A stretch of 64,000 nucleotides of DNA from Mobula hypostoma (Eukaryota): NCBI RefSeq assembly GCF_963921235.1, contig NC_086118.1, positions 28,832,001-28,896,000 on the forward strand. Reading direction: 5' to 3'. Below the pieces are notes generated by a model. The model had not been told where the DNA came from. It saw only the letters and a list, made by a program, of their open reading frames with translations, and did no database searches. The position numbers and the translations under genes were made by a program. Positions 36,958 to 49,874 of this stretch are shown one piece after another (position 1 is the first letter of the stretch; every line of letters starts with the position of its first letter).

Positions 36958-38499
36958 CAAACCTACATTAATGTAAAGCAATAAGCAAGATTCAGCTAGA
37001 ACGGACTGATGAGAGAGCAATTTAGAACATAATTGTGACATGATCCATTTGAACGGGACTGGGAAGCTGTCAAACAATAGTTAAGATTCTAGGAGTCCAG
37101 GTAACTTAAAACTGGAATATTTCTACTTCTAAAGTGAACAAGCCTATCAGTAGGCTTGATAACTATCCGGATAACTAAGAAACGATTTGCAGTAAAAACC
37201 ATTATGCTGTTCCAAAGTACTACAATGATAAACATCTTTTTTAATTTAAAACATTTTAGGAAAACAGTTCCTAAAGTTGCAACAATGTCTAATATAAGCT
37301 TGAGGATCAGCAACTCATCTTATATTTCAGGCTCAATATCAAATTTTAAAATTTTCACTGGTGAAGATTTGTTCACCTGAAAAATGATCTCTATTTCTCT
37401 TTTCACAGGTGCTGCCTAACCTAACAAGTGTTTCCAATCTTTTCCTATGTTCTCATATTTTCAGCATCTGTAGTTAATATTTCTCATTTTCATTAATTCA
37501 TTTTCTTCCTTTTAATCAGAAATTGTCAGTCTTGCTGTGACTTATCTATCGGTAATATTACATCAGTTTTATTCCCTCTGTTATGCTTTGTAAGACCAAA
37601 ATGTAAAGCTGACTGGAAGGAAAAGACGGGAGCCCAGGAGAATGTGTTTGTTAGTTTGTTCTTTACATTAAACAAGGCAGGCATGTATCACGTGGTAGTG
37701 TCATAACATGTACAATATTATTTAAATACTACTAAAATACTAAGTATATAACACTCCTCTCTGCTTAACTATAAACTTCACTCAAAATAGAATGCATCTC
37801 AACTACGTACACAGTATACTATATAATACAACTACTAAACAGAAATCCACAGCACAGTAATTTGTAAATTGTCTCATTCAGCCCTAGATATTTAATCGCT
37901 GTATAGGACAGCAGACTCTTGTAGGACAACATCTTTCCTGACAAGAGGGATCGCTCTGCTTGCATGTGGTACTTGTGGCTGTGAAACAATCTCAGGCTCT
38001 GGGGTCTCCTCCGTGGTGGCTATAGGAGTTGATTCTAGGACTTCAGGAAGTGGTTCTGACAGCTCTGGAAAACCTTTCTTCTTCATTTTTCTTCTTCTAG
38101 TTTGTGCATCTTGATCTTGGGAAGACACATTTAGTTCACTGGAGTATTCTCTTATTAATCATTCTATTTCTCCCTTTATGATCTGATCTCTCCTCTTGGT
38201 TTCCTGATCTACAACATCATCTGACAAATCCAGTTTTCCTATCTCCGCTGACTCCTTCCCTTTGGCCTTTCATCGAACTGGGCTTTGGTCTTTTACAGCA
38301 GCTTTTTATCTCACACTTAATGGTCATGCAATAACCTTAATGCACACAGAGCAGATTCTGGTTCTTTACGCTCACAAAAGCCGAACGCTTGCAATTTTCC
38401 TGAAGCTCCTTGAACTCTCCTCCAGCTTCAAACCAAGCCACATTTCTCAAATAACTGCCTGATTAACATACCAGAGCCTTTTTCAGATATCATGAAGAC

Positions 38500-40435
38500 C
38501 CCAGGGAGATTGGTCCTGGCTCACCACTGACCCCTGGTCAGATCAGCCCTCGAACCCCTGCAGTTTGCCTACCAGGAGCATATTGGAGTTGACGATGCTG
38601 TCATCTACCTGCTGAACAGAGCCTTTTCCCATTTGGTTAAGCAGGGCACCACTGTGAGGATCATGTTTTTTGATTTCTCGAGTGCCTTCAATACAGACCT
38701 CATTGCTGGGGGAAAAGCTCCATTCAATGCTGGTTGGCACTTCCATTGTATCCTGGATAATGGACTACCTGACTGGAAGACCACAGTTTGTGCGGCTTCA
38801 GAGCTGTATGTGAGACTTGGCTATAAGCAGCATTGGGGCCCCACAGGGATGGTATTGACTCCTTTCCTGTTTACCTGGTATACCTCAGACTTTAAATACA
38901 ACACTGAGTCTTGTTATTTGCTGAAATTCTCTGATGACTCAGCATTAGTTGGTTGTATAAAGGGAGGACAGGAGGATAAATACAGGGCCCTGGTGGAGGA
39001 CTTTTCAAATGGTGTAAGCTGAGTTATCTGCAGCTCATCATCAATAAGACAAAGGAGATTTTGATGGGAGACTAAATTTGCACTGCTCCCTGTGTCATGG
39101 TCCGATCCATGAAGTCCACGTTCTAGTTCACGGTCCGGTCCCTCCTGTCTACCCTGTTTCTGTTCCTGTTGAGCACTAATTGAGGCAGCTGATTCTCGTT
39201 GGGGCTGGCTGCATAAATACCTCCAGAGATCAGAGCGTGGCTGCTGGATTGTTCTTGCCCTTACTCCTTGTATCCCTTCCCCTGCCTTCTGTTTCCTTGC
39301 CTGAAGCCGAGCCTTGGCTTGCCGGTAACTCTTGCCTCGCCTAAGGTTCTTGTCTCACCTCTCATTGCCTGAAGCCTTGCCTTGGCTTGCTGGTAACTCT
39401 CGCCTCGTCTCACCTGAAGTCTTGTCTTGGAGCCACCCTGTACCTAGTTCCCTTCTTGTCCCTTGCCTCCGCCGGGTAAGTCAGGCCATCTTGCCGCTAC
39501 CCTGCGGTTGGTTCAGTCCTGTCCTGTCCCTTGCCTCCGTCGAGTAAGCCAGGCCATCTTGCCGTTACCTGCGGTTGGTTCTGTCCCTTTCTGTCCCTTA
39601 CCTCAGTCGGGTGGAGTACCGTGCCCTGCCCAAGAGGACCTTCAAGACCCCAAGCCTCAAGCCTCGCCCCAAGCCAAGCTTCGAGACCCCAAACCTCAAT
39701 TCTCTGGTCTCCAGCCTCGCCTCAAGTCTCTGGTCTCCCGCCTCGCCTCGTCTCTGGTCTCCAGCCTGGCCTCAAGTCTCTGGTCTCCAACCTGGCCTCA
39801 AGTCTCTAGCCAAGCCAGGCCTTAAGTCTGAAGACTCCAGCCTCGTCCTGCCTCCCAGCCAAGTCACGTCCTTGCCTAGTTCTGGGGTCCGATCCAGAGG
39901 CAAGACCCAGGTTCTGGGTCTTTGTCCAGCCTCTGGCTCGAAGTCCAAGCCCTGGCTCCTAGGTCTCTTGTCCAGTCCTGTTCCGGGTTCCCGGTTTTCT
40001 TGTCCATGTCCTAGCCCTCACCCTGTATCCTAGTCCTGTCCCTAGTACTTCAGTGTCTGTGTCTTGCACTTGGGTCTGTTCCCAGCCACTTCCTTATGAC
40101 ACCCTGTTACTTCTGATGGTGAGGACGTGGATGTGATGAGGGCTTGCAAGTACCTGGGAGCACACATGGATGACAGACTTGAGCACCAACACAGAGACTG
40201 GGTACAAGAAGGGCCAGAGTCGCTTTTACTTCCTGAGGAGACTGAGGTCCTTTGGAGTATGCAAGCCTCCCCTTCACATGTTCTACCAATCTGTTATTGC
40301 CAGTACAATCTTCTATTCGGTGGTATGCTGGGGCAATGGCATCAACACAGGTGATGCCAAAAGGCGCAATGAACTGATTAGAAAGGCTGGCTTTGTTATA
40401 GGAGTCAAACTGAACACATTGGAGTATGTAGCAAG
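38500..40435 (+). mobile_element. Rex1/Babar-type LINE RT fragment, split by a solo LTR
   Basis: PLQFAYQEHIGVDDAVIYLLNRA..TVRIMFFDFSSAFNT, LTPFLFTWYTSDF..LLKFSDDSALVGCI; after removing 39093-40101 and one TSD reads LLPVTSDGEDVDVMRACKYLG, then KKGQSRFYFLRRLRSFGV. Confidence 0.9.
39093..40101 (+). mobile_element. Solo LTR A (1009 bp)
   Basis: TGTCAT...ATGACA termini, exact 5-bp TSD CCCTG (39088-39092, 40102-40106); CATAAATA at ~39212; internal ~25-bp tandem repeats ~39640-39825. Confidence 0.9.
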
Positions 40436-40597
40436 CAAATGGTGGATGGATCTCCAATCAAGTTGCGGTTGTTTCAGCCCATCACAGTCCCAAAATGCTG
40501 GCCCTCCTCTTTTTACCACATAGAGTGCAAGCCCATGTATGGCCTGTCAGTTGTTGTATTTCACAGTTACAAATTTCATTCCCACAGGAGCTGTCTT

Positions 40598-41943
40598 TGT
40601 CATGGTCTGAATTGGGGTCCCTTTAAATTTACCTTGTTTACATTACGATCCGGACCGTTCATTCCCTGTTTTCCCGTGTCCCTCGACTTTGGTGCTTAGA
40701 GGCAATTAACGCTCGGCTGAACCGGTAGTTTATAGTCTCCAGCTTTCAGCTGTTTGGCGCGGGAGCGTCTGCAAAGTCATCAAAGGTACGGTGTGTCGAT
40801 GTCATCTGGCCAGAGCAAGCCTAGTCTCCGCCGAAGCGAGTGCCGGTAATTCGCCTTTCCTCACCGGAGCAACCCTGTCCAGTTACCTCGCCGAAGCGAG
40901 CCTGTAAAGTTTCCTCATCAAGGTGGGTCCATCAGTTAACCCGCCGGAGGGAATCAAGAACCGCTGTCTACTGTTCCCGGGCCGAGTGGAGAGCTCGCTA
41001 CTACCCGGAGGCTCCAAGTCAAGTCCTGGCTCCAGGGGCATTCTAGCACCAAGTCAAGTCCTGGCCCTGGCAGCATTCAAGCACCAAGTCAAGTCCTGGT
41101 CCTGGCCCTGGTGGCATTCAAGCACCAAGTCAAGTCCTGGTCCTGGCCCTGGCGGCATTCAAGCACCAAGTCAAGTCCTGGCCCTGGCGGCTTCCCAGTT
41201 CTGAGTCAAGTCCTGGCCCTGGCGGTCTGTGATTCCTGTCCTACCCCCTTGTCTGAATCCCTTCTCTGCCCCTCTCGCCTCTAGCCCTCGTCTGTAGACC
41301 CCACCTTCACTTCGGTCTAGTTCCATCACCGGAGCCAGATAGGTACTGTCTGGTGTTCATTCGTGTTGGTCTTTTCTTGTCTTGTCCTCGCCTCCATGGG
41401 GTAAGTCAGGCCATCTTGCTGTTGCCCCGCGGAGGGTCATGAGTCCTGGCCCTATGTCCTGTACCCAAGAATGGGTCCCGGCTCTCTGTTCTGTGTGTGA
41501 GTCCCAGCCCTATGTCCTGTACCCAAGGAGGGGTTCCAACTCTGTGTTCTGTGTATGTGTCCATGGTTCCATTTATCTGCTCTCCCGAGACTGAGGCTCT
41601 GTGTTCCCATGTTCCTCCTCTCCCTAGCCCATGTCATGTCCTTGCCTGGTTCTGGGGACCGAGCCCAAGGCAAGACCCAGGTACTGGGTCCTTGCCCAGT
41701 CTCGGGCTCAGAGTCCATACCCAAGTCTCTTCATGTCTCCTCTAGTTCTGGGATCCGATTCCGAGTCCAAGCCCAGACCCCTAGTCCCAGCCTAGTCGTA
41801 GTCCTGAGTCCTTGTCCAGTCGCTACTCCTGCTCCTGCCTTGCTCTCCTGGTATCGAACAATAAACTAAATTTTAATTAACCTCACAAGATGTGTCTTGC
41901 ATTTGAGTCCACCCTTGCTCCCAAAGCCCCCGCCATTGTGACA
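40598..41943 (+). mobile_element. Solo LTR B (1346 bp), related to solo LTR A
   Basis: TGTCA...TGACA termini, exact 5-bp TSD GTCTT (40593-40597, 41944-41948); shares GGTAAGTCAGGCCATCTTGC and GGCAAGACCCAGGT blocks with A; AATAAA ~41860; 35-41-bp tandem repeats ~41010-41225. Confidence 0.9.
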
Positions 41944-42311
41944 GTCTTTCTTCCAGATTAGAATGTTCTTAGTTGGATATCTGCAGGCTTCTGTTTAGCA
42001 TCTTTGAAATGATGTTCAAACTCATTTTGTGGAATGACTGAAACAGTCAAGGCAGTGTTCAATCCATTTTAATTAATTTGCTGTTCATTTCTGGTGTAAC
42101 ACTTATTGTTATTTTTGACATGGAAATATCAAGGTGATTCAGTCCTGTGCCACACTCATTATCACAATTTTCATCGACAATATGTTGATTAGTGCTCTTT
42201 TTGAAACTGCAACAAGATTTTTTAGCTTTTTCTCTTGCCTGTGCATTCCATTTATTTTTGTTTGCCCAACATACTCCTTGTACGTGTCCTACTTTGTTGC
42301 ATATAATTTTT

Positions 42312-45300
42312 TGTGGCGAGCATTTAGTCCATGACAGACGAGAACAGTTTGCACAACTCAACAACTACTTTTATTGTGATGAACACAAAAACAAACCGGG
42401 CACTATATCCCAGGCAAGGAACCTGCTCAGTCACATACAGACCGGGGAGGTGAATATTACACATCCCGGTTAGAGTCGGGGTGATCCACAAACACCAGGG
42501 GCGGAACAAAGTGATGATGGCGCTAAACGGCCACTCCTTTGCTTGCACCTTCGGAAACAGCTCTATTTCCACCTTTAATTTCTCTATTTTTCCCTTTCAG
42601 GGTTCTTTTGAAGACCCTGAGTGAGTTACATGCTGACTATGGCTCTTAGTGGGAATGGGACCTGCTCTTGGAGTTTCACAGCTTGCCATAGTTTGGCACG
42701 CCAAGGGTTCGGCCTATGAGTTTGGCTCGGCTTTGGAGGCCTAGGATCTCAGGGCTCTGGAGATGGGCGGATCAAATGTCAGTGTCACAGCGGAGACCCA
42801 TGTGTCATCGGGGGAAACAGAAGACCTATGACTGTGTACCTAGAGACGCGAGACCTTTGGGCACAGAGATTGAAAAATGCGATGTAACGGACTTTTAACA
42901 TCGTAAACCAGCAAGTTGTTTGTTATGTCGTCCCACTTGCTGTGAAACGGAGACACCTCTTTCTCCCTTATTCGGGAGAGAGAGAACCTGCGGTATGTCG
43001 AATAACAGGTGAACAATGTAGTCTTTGGGGTAACTGTAAGTCTGTGTCTTTGTTGTTGCTTTGCTCACACTTGAGTGCTTGGTGCTGGGTGCCATGTTTT
43101 CCTTTGCCAGAGGGCTGAGGGGGAATCATACTCACTGCCACTTACACGCAGGAGGGAGGGGAGCTGTGGGGGTACTTTGGGGTTCTAACATTTAATTATC
43201 TTTCATTCTTCCGGGCACTCCTCTGTTTTTGTGGATAGTTGCAAAGAAAAAGCATTTCAGGATGTATATTGTATACATTTCTCTGACATCAAATGTACCT
43301 TTGAAACACAGGTGCAAATCACTGGATAACCCAAGCTAAAATGTAAGAATAAATGAACTTGAACTTCCCACCATAATCCCATAAAAACATTTTAAAACAA
43401 AAAACAATAAATTGCTCTGGTCATTAGGAATGCTGGGGTATGCTGTTAACCATGCCCCACTCAGAGCGTTACACTCCCCCTACCCGAGGGGGTCAGCCAT
43501 CCTTGGCAACCCCAGAGTCCATAGCAAAGTCCAAAATTCCTGGTGGTAGTCAACACAGCTACTTGGGGTGCTGGGGAAATTTTGGACCCTCCCCCCCCCC
43601 ACTGCCTGCTAGGAGGCCCTTCCAGTGGCTTCCCAGCTTGAGGGATAGTCCTTTCTTCCAGGAGGGGCAGTAGGCCCAAACTGGGGCCCCCACCATGTAC
43701 TGCTGCCCTGGCATGCTAGGCTGTCAGCCTGGTCCTTTCTGGACGTGCAAGCAATAGCAGTAGGGCACGAACAGCTCCATGCCCTGCCCGTACCCAGGCC
43801 AGTAGAAGTGTTCACGCAGCCTGCCCAAAGTCTTTGTGACCCCAAAATGGCCGGCCCCCACCAGCCCGTGCACCAACACAGCACCATGGCGCAGAGCTCC
43901 CGGAGGACCACCAGCCGCAGGAGGTGTCTGTCACCATCAGAAAACTGGTACCGCTGGAACACCAACCCATTTCACACCTCCAGCATTCCCCACTGACAGT
44001 CTAGGGCCTTGGTCTCTCTATCCAGGGTGGAGACCTCTGCCTACTCCGGTCAGCCATCCCTTCACCCGGGCCGGCATCTGTGCAGCTGCTGGTCAACGGT
44101 GGGGAGGTCTACCTCGCAACCGGCTGCCACTGGAAACCCTGGTTCTGCTGTGTTGCACTGGGGTGTGCTGCACTGCCACGGGCCGCTGTGAGACCAGTGG
44201 TTGTTGTTGCTGCGCCCACCTAGTCCACCTCCTGGAGCTCCCCCTGCTGGAGAGCCACAGCTTCAGCACCGAGGTAGAGTGTTGCCCCCGGCACATCCAC
44301 ATGGGCCCCCTGCAGGACAGCAGGACCAGGCCAATGATGTAGGACTCCCAGATGTCAGCTGGCACACCTCGTGCTCCACTGAGTTTTTCCTCACTTTTCC
44401 CCCTGCGCAGTTTCCAGTGACCGTAGCCAGCTGGGCCACGGTCGTTGTCCACACAGGCGGGGATGGCTGGCCCGTGTCGGGGAGGACACCCAGACAGATG
44501 ATGGGGATGGTCGACCCTGTGTCCACCAACACATGGCATCTGATGCCCTCCACCACGCAGTCCACATATAGGCCTTGCTCTTCACCCAAATGGCCCAGTG
44601 GGGGAGGCAACTACAGAGCGATTCTGCTGGAGGTCTCAGGTGTAGCCGCCCGCTCAGCGTTTCTTGATGGCTGCACTGGGCTGTGGCGTGGTGCTGGTAT
44701 GGTGCAGTTCTAGGCCTCATGGCCTGCCTCACCACACCGGTAGCAGAAATCATTTTGTAGCCAGCAGTAGAGAAGGTGCAGCGCAGGTCGGGCCTATCTC
44801 ACGGGCTCTTCCTCAGTAGGTTCCTCCTACGGGCTTGCAGCATGCTGGGTGATGATGGAATGCTTTAGGGGCTAAAATTGCTTCTGCCCTCTCTGCCTCT
44901 ACCAGCGTTGATGGTGACATCAAGTGAAGGTGCTGCTGAAGGTGGTCTGGCGTCAGAGCCTTTACAAAGGCGTGCAGGACAAACATTTGCTAGATCACGG
45001 GAGGAAACTGGGGGGTAGCCATGTCGGGCTCAGTGGCGGAGATCTGCTGCAAACACCCCCAGACTTTCTCCCTACGGTGCCATTTACTGCTTAGATCTTC
45101 CCTCATTGTTCCCTCCAATGGCCTCTGCTTGAAGCCCCTATGAGGGCTCTACAGTCAGGCTAAGCTGACATTAGGTCAAGGAGGGCCCACAGGGCATCTC
45201 CATCCAGTGCCAGGGCAAGATCCACCGCTGTCTTTGTGGGGCTCCACCCACTGTGCCATGTGGCAAGTTTGTCTCGCGCCAGGTAAGGCTCCAGGCAGCT

Positions 45301-45972
45301 GGTATCATTGACCCTGGGGAGCTTTAGGGTGGACCTTGGGATCCTAATTGCCAAGACCCGTTGGTCTTCCTCTTGCTCCGGCAGCATCTGCCACGTTGCC
45401 CATCTTCCCATGGCTGCAGTGTCTTGGGTTTCCTGGTGCGGGCTAAGAGGGAGGCGGGTGATGTGCTTCGCTATGTCCCCTGGGCTGGTGAGCCGGGGTA
45501 CACTGGCCCCATTGGGATTCCCTGGGAAGGCATGTTGCTCAGTTCCCAGGTCCTCCTCCTGAGTCTTAAGCTTTTCCATCTCAGCGTCAATTTCAGATCT
45601 TAATCCTGACACCAATGTGGTGAGCATTTGGTCCATAACAGATGAGAGCAGCTTGTACAACTCAACAACTGTTTTTATTGCGATAAACACAAAAACAGAC
45701 CAGGTGCTATGACCCGGGGAGAGAATCCGCCCAGTCATATACAGGTGGGGCAGGTGATTATTACACACCCCAGTTATGGTCAGGGTGACCCAGAACGCAC
45801 ATGCAAATCACTGGATAATGCAAGCTAAAATGTAACAATAAATGAACTTGAACATTCCACTATAATCCCATAAAAGCATTTTTAAAAAAGAGCAATAAAT
45901 AGCACAGGTCATTAGGAATGCTGGGGTGAACGGTCGACCACAATACCTCCCCGCTCCCCCCAGAGCATCACA
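42312..45972 (-). mobile_element. Internally deleted two-LTR Ty3/Gypsy retrotransposon (gag, protease, integrase Zn-finger remnant)
   Basis: 5' LTR 45616-45972 and 3' LTR 42312-43473 (TG...CA); PBS TGGTGTCAGGA after the 5' LTR (tRNA-Leu-like); PPT GGTAGGGGGAG; gag KLPR..LEPYLA..WHSGWS..LALALDGDAL; CYRCGEAGHEA*NC knuckle ~44700-44750; protease VLVDTGST ~44520; AGHFGVTKTLGRLREHFYWPG ~43795-43860. Confidence 0.9.
42496..43303 (+). mobile_element. Non-autonomous retroposon inserted in the 3' LTR
   Basis: Flanked by AAACAC (42490-42495, 43304-43309); removing it restores colinearity with the 5' LTR; starts near GATGGCG, ends in a LINE-type tail (ATTTCAGGATGTATATTG..AAATGTACCTTTG). Confidence 0.78.
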
Positions 45973-46260
45973 ATATTAAATAGTTAATTTAAATAAATAG
46001 TGCAAAATCAGAAAAGGAGTAGCGAGGTAGTGTTCATGGATTCAATGTCCATTCAGAATTCAGATGGCAGAGGGAAAGAAGCTGTTCCTGAATCATTGAG
46101 TGTGTGCCTTCAGGATTCTGTATCTCTTTCTTGATGGTAACAATGAGAAGAGGCCATGTCCTGGGTGGTAGATGTCCTTAATGATGGATACTGGCTTTCT
46201 GAGGCACTGCTCTTTGAAGATGACCTGGGTACTATAGAGGCTAGTACCATGATGGTGCTG
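45973..46260 (-). mobile_element. Rex1-type LINE 3' fragment
   Basis: Closely similar to 63820-64000; reverse complement encodes HP-GHGLFSLLPSRKRYRIL-AHTQ-FRNSFFPSAI. Confidence 0.75.
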
Positions 46261-49200
46261 GCTAATTTTCCAACTCTAAAATTGATATAACTATTTCATC
46301 TGCGCTTGTACGTGCAATTTGAGCATTAGTTAGGAGCTGTATTTGAATGCTTTCTTGTGAGATTCCACAAACTAAATGATCTCTCAGTGCATCATTAAAC
46401 CCATCACTGAACTGAAAATGCTCAGAGAACTTTTTCAATTCAACCATATATGCTGAAATGGACTCCTCTTACTTTTGATTCTGCTTATGAAACCTGAAGT
46501 GTTTTGCAATCAGCAATGGTTTCAGTACTAAATGTTTCTGCATTATTTTCACGATAACAGCAAAGCTTATTTCGGCTGCTTTAGTTGAAGCAGTTAGATG
46601 TCTTAGCAAACCGTATGCCTTTAAATCCAGTGCACTCAGCAAAATTGGCACTGGCTTCTCATTGGCTTTAAAATACTACTCAATCCATTCGGTATACAGC
46701 ATCCAGTCATCAGTTGTGTAATCAAATTGTCAATCTTTCTGATGTAGCCAGTCATGTCTGCTTTTTTTAAAGTTATGATTACTATCACCATTTATAGTGA
46801 TACTCATTGTGTATGAACCCATGAATTCTGTTCATTTTCTGCCTTCTGTAAAAACTCAAACGTCTAACTCCACTTGTGAAGAAAAAAAAACGTGTTGCGC
46901 TGCTTTTTTTACTTGGGCGTTTCCTGCTGCATTTCAACAGATAGGTATTCATATCAGGTTTGTTTAAAACTTCTTTCTCACCACTGCTATGTTTTGTAAC
47001 TTCAAAACATTGAACTAATTGGAAGGAAACCATGGAGGGTCTGGAAGATAAACATATGTACTTCGTGTTTTACCTTAAGCGAGGTATGCACATATCACAT
47101 GGTAGTGACATGGCATATGCAGTTCATGTGTTTTTACATATAATCCATAACGAATTATTTAAACAATCAAGAATGCTTAATCAAAAAATATATTTACAGT
47201 ATTACTTGAATGGTACTGAAACATTACAGTAAATACATAACCCTCTCTACTTAAACTGCTAAGAATTTCCTGTGCTTGACTTGCATTTCAAAACTTTCTG
47301 CCCCTGCCCTTTCTTGTTTGTTTTTGCTCTCTCTCTTTCACACGTCTTTACTAAAACATCAATCAGACAAATCTATGAACTGTTTATCACCATGTCAACC
47401 TGGCCTCACAGTATCAGAGATATTCTTTCCTCCTATCTATCCTTTCACAACTTTTCTGCAACTTTTAACTACTTTCTTTTCTCTTTCCTAGCTTTGAAGA
47501 GTAATACCACATAAATACAGGCCCACTGCCCATCATATCCAGTTATACTAATCCTCCACTAATCAAGTTTTATTCTCCCAACATTCTCATCAATTCCTCC
47601 CACTCCCCCCCCCCACCCCCCCCAGATTCTACCATTCACTAAATCGCTCTGCACCTCTCCACATTCCCACAGGAAGTCACAGGCAGAATAAGGAATCCGT
47701 ACACAAACAGTTCCAGAGGTCACGACTGATATCAGGTTATTTGAACTGTAATCAGCAGCTTTACCAGCTGTAGCACTGCGCAGCCTGACCTCAAGCATTA
47801 ACTCTTTTTATCTCCATAGAAGCTGCTTGTAGTTTTTTATCTTATCCTAGACTTGCAGTCTCTTTTCAACTTATTCGGTTGAATGGGAGGATATCTACTA
47901 TTAGTACATCTTATGGTTACTATATGATTTGTACATATTTTGTAAAAGATATTACTCTAAACTTGGAGTGAAATCTGGAGTGGCATGTTATCACTTCCAA
48001 AGGCTTAAAGGAGCACAAGTCCGACAGCTTAGATAAATTGTGCACTGGGATTTACCGTTCTGTGTATGCATCCCAACATCCCTCCTCAGATGTGGTTGAT
48101 AATGAAGGAGCTGAAATATTCAACGGTATGAGAGTCAACAAAGCATTATTACACAATTAAATTGGACAGGTTATAAGGTTTGTTTTTATCTTGTAACAGT
48201 TACTGAATATTTTACAGATCACAGTTAAAATCAAGAAAGAATAAAAGAGCAACATAATATACTGTTAGCAACATTTGCTAGTTTCAAGTCCCCTACAAAG
48301 CATGAAGGCCAGTTTCTTTTAGGTTTCCTTAATACAGTTGTAATTCCAACAAAAAAAATACAAATAAGCCAACAGAATTTTATTGAAAGTGAAACTTTTC
48401 TTTTAAAGCAAACTCTGAAAAAATCGGTGATACTTTCTTTTAACTCTACTGTACAGAATTAACATTTTTTTACGTGTTATTCAATTCAAGCTACACAAGA
48501 TTTTGTTCATTTTTTGGCATTTAGTTTACCTTGGATGAATGTACCACAGAGTTAATTATAACATTTTTTTATTATACACTCATGGTTCTGAACTCTGTCT
48601 GGAAGGAGATGGAATTTTTTCTGCATATTCCTGCAAATTTATAAGCACTGGTTACCAGGCAACTGCAGGACTATTTTTAATCATCAGATTGAAAGATTTG
48701 ATAAAAATGTAATTTTTTTTCACGATGTATTGATGTTCAGAGAAGAGAAAATAGGAATGTGGGCAAAAGGCAAAATTAAACTACAGTTAATATGCGAGTT
48801 TTCTAAAAAACAAATGCCACATTAGTCTTAAAGCAATTAATTGGTCATGAATGACACCAGAGGCCATCTGACACTCAGAAACTTCCAGCCCAATCAGCCT
48901 GAGTTTTTGGAGTTTCTATTGGGATATTTGGAGAGGATGTTTGCATTAACAATGAACAGAGGACCAGGGCATTTTTTGGTTTTAAAGCAGAGGACTCGGA
49001 AATGTTTGGAGAACCCAGAAGCAGAGGACGATGACATTTTTGAAATACCCATGGAAACCCAAACCCAAAAGCACAAACCATAATAGTGAACATAAACTTG
49101 ATAGTGGTGGGATATTGACTGATTTTTTAACGGGAGGTAAACCAAGAAAAAAAAGAAAGCATGTAATTTCCTCAAAAAGCATCCTCTTTAGCTTCACTGT

Positions 49201-49874
49201 CTACACTGAAACCGAGCACAAAATATAGACAGTATCATGTTTATTCAATGGAAATTTTGAAAATTTAAGCAAGCATTGTTGTAGTTAATGACATTTAAGT
49301 GGGATTTGGGGTGAATTTTAGCCAATTTCACACAACGCAAAGCTATTTTTGTTTCATTCTCTGTAATCAACCTAGGGAAGCCATAAAGATAATGGTTCAA
49401 ACATTAATCAATTGACAACTTCGGCACGGACTAGAAGGGCCAAGATGGCCTGTTTCCGTGCCATAATTGTTATATGGTTATATTGTTAACTTACATGAGC
49501 AATTTCTGCTTCCAATCTGTATTCAGATAATTAAGAATTATTGATAAAACAAAGTTTAATTAACAAATGTACAGGTTATGTTTCTGATCTCAAATCTTTT
49601 AGGGAATACAGGCCAATTACTAAAAACACTAATCTGTGTTTAACTCTGTGATTTTTGGTGCTGAGTCAACCAGTTTAATTTCCACAGCGCTCTTGCGCAC
49701 TTGAATTCACTACAGAAGAGTAAATGGTAAATGTCAGTGATTTCTATTTATCTCATCTCCATTATTAGCTATTGTCCAGTAAATTTACAAGGGGCTATTT
49801 TCCTTTTGCTTTGAGATCACTTTTGCTTTAAGTTCTATGTATTTTCACAGCAGTCTGAATAAATGTATTGTATA

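Larger units (their letters stand above)
37579..47241 (-). mobile_element. Fragmented Ty3/Gypsy element(s) of the same family as 1492-4670, hosting nested insertions
   Basis: 5' LTR-like 46985-47241, gag 46262-46755 (ELKKFSEHFQFSDGFNDALRDHLVCGI), Zn-knuckle CNKVGHVQGVC and protease region 41944-42311 and 40445-40597, pol C-terminal tail 37890-38075, PPT GCAGAGAGGAG then 3' LTR 37579-37753 (TGTTAT...ATAACA). RT/RNase H/integrase missing; whether both LTRs belong to one insertion is uncertain. Confidence 0.78.

Noticed and set aside
36250..36976. Long overlapping ORFs (158 and 178 aa)
   Set aside because: Fall within a GC-rich TSD-bounded retroposon; no protein motifs; stop scarcity explained by composition.
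39332..41869. Multiple Pro/Ser-rich ORFs
   Set aside because: Arise from tandem repeats inside solo LTRs A and B.
43745..44713. Plus-strand ORFs up to 170 aa
   Set aside because: Antisense shadows of GC-rich Gypsy pol remnants.
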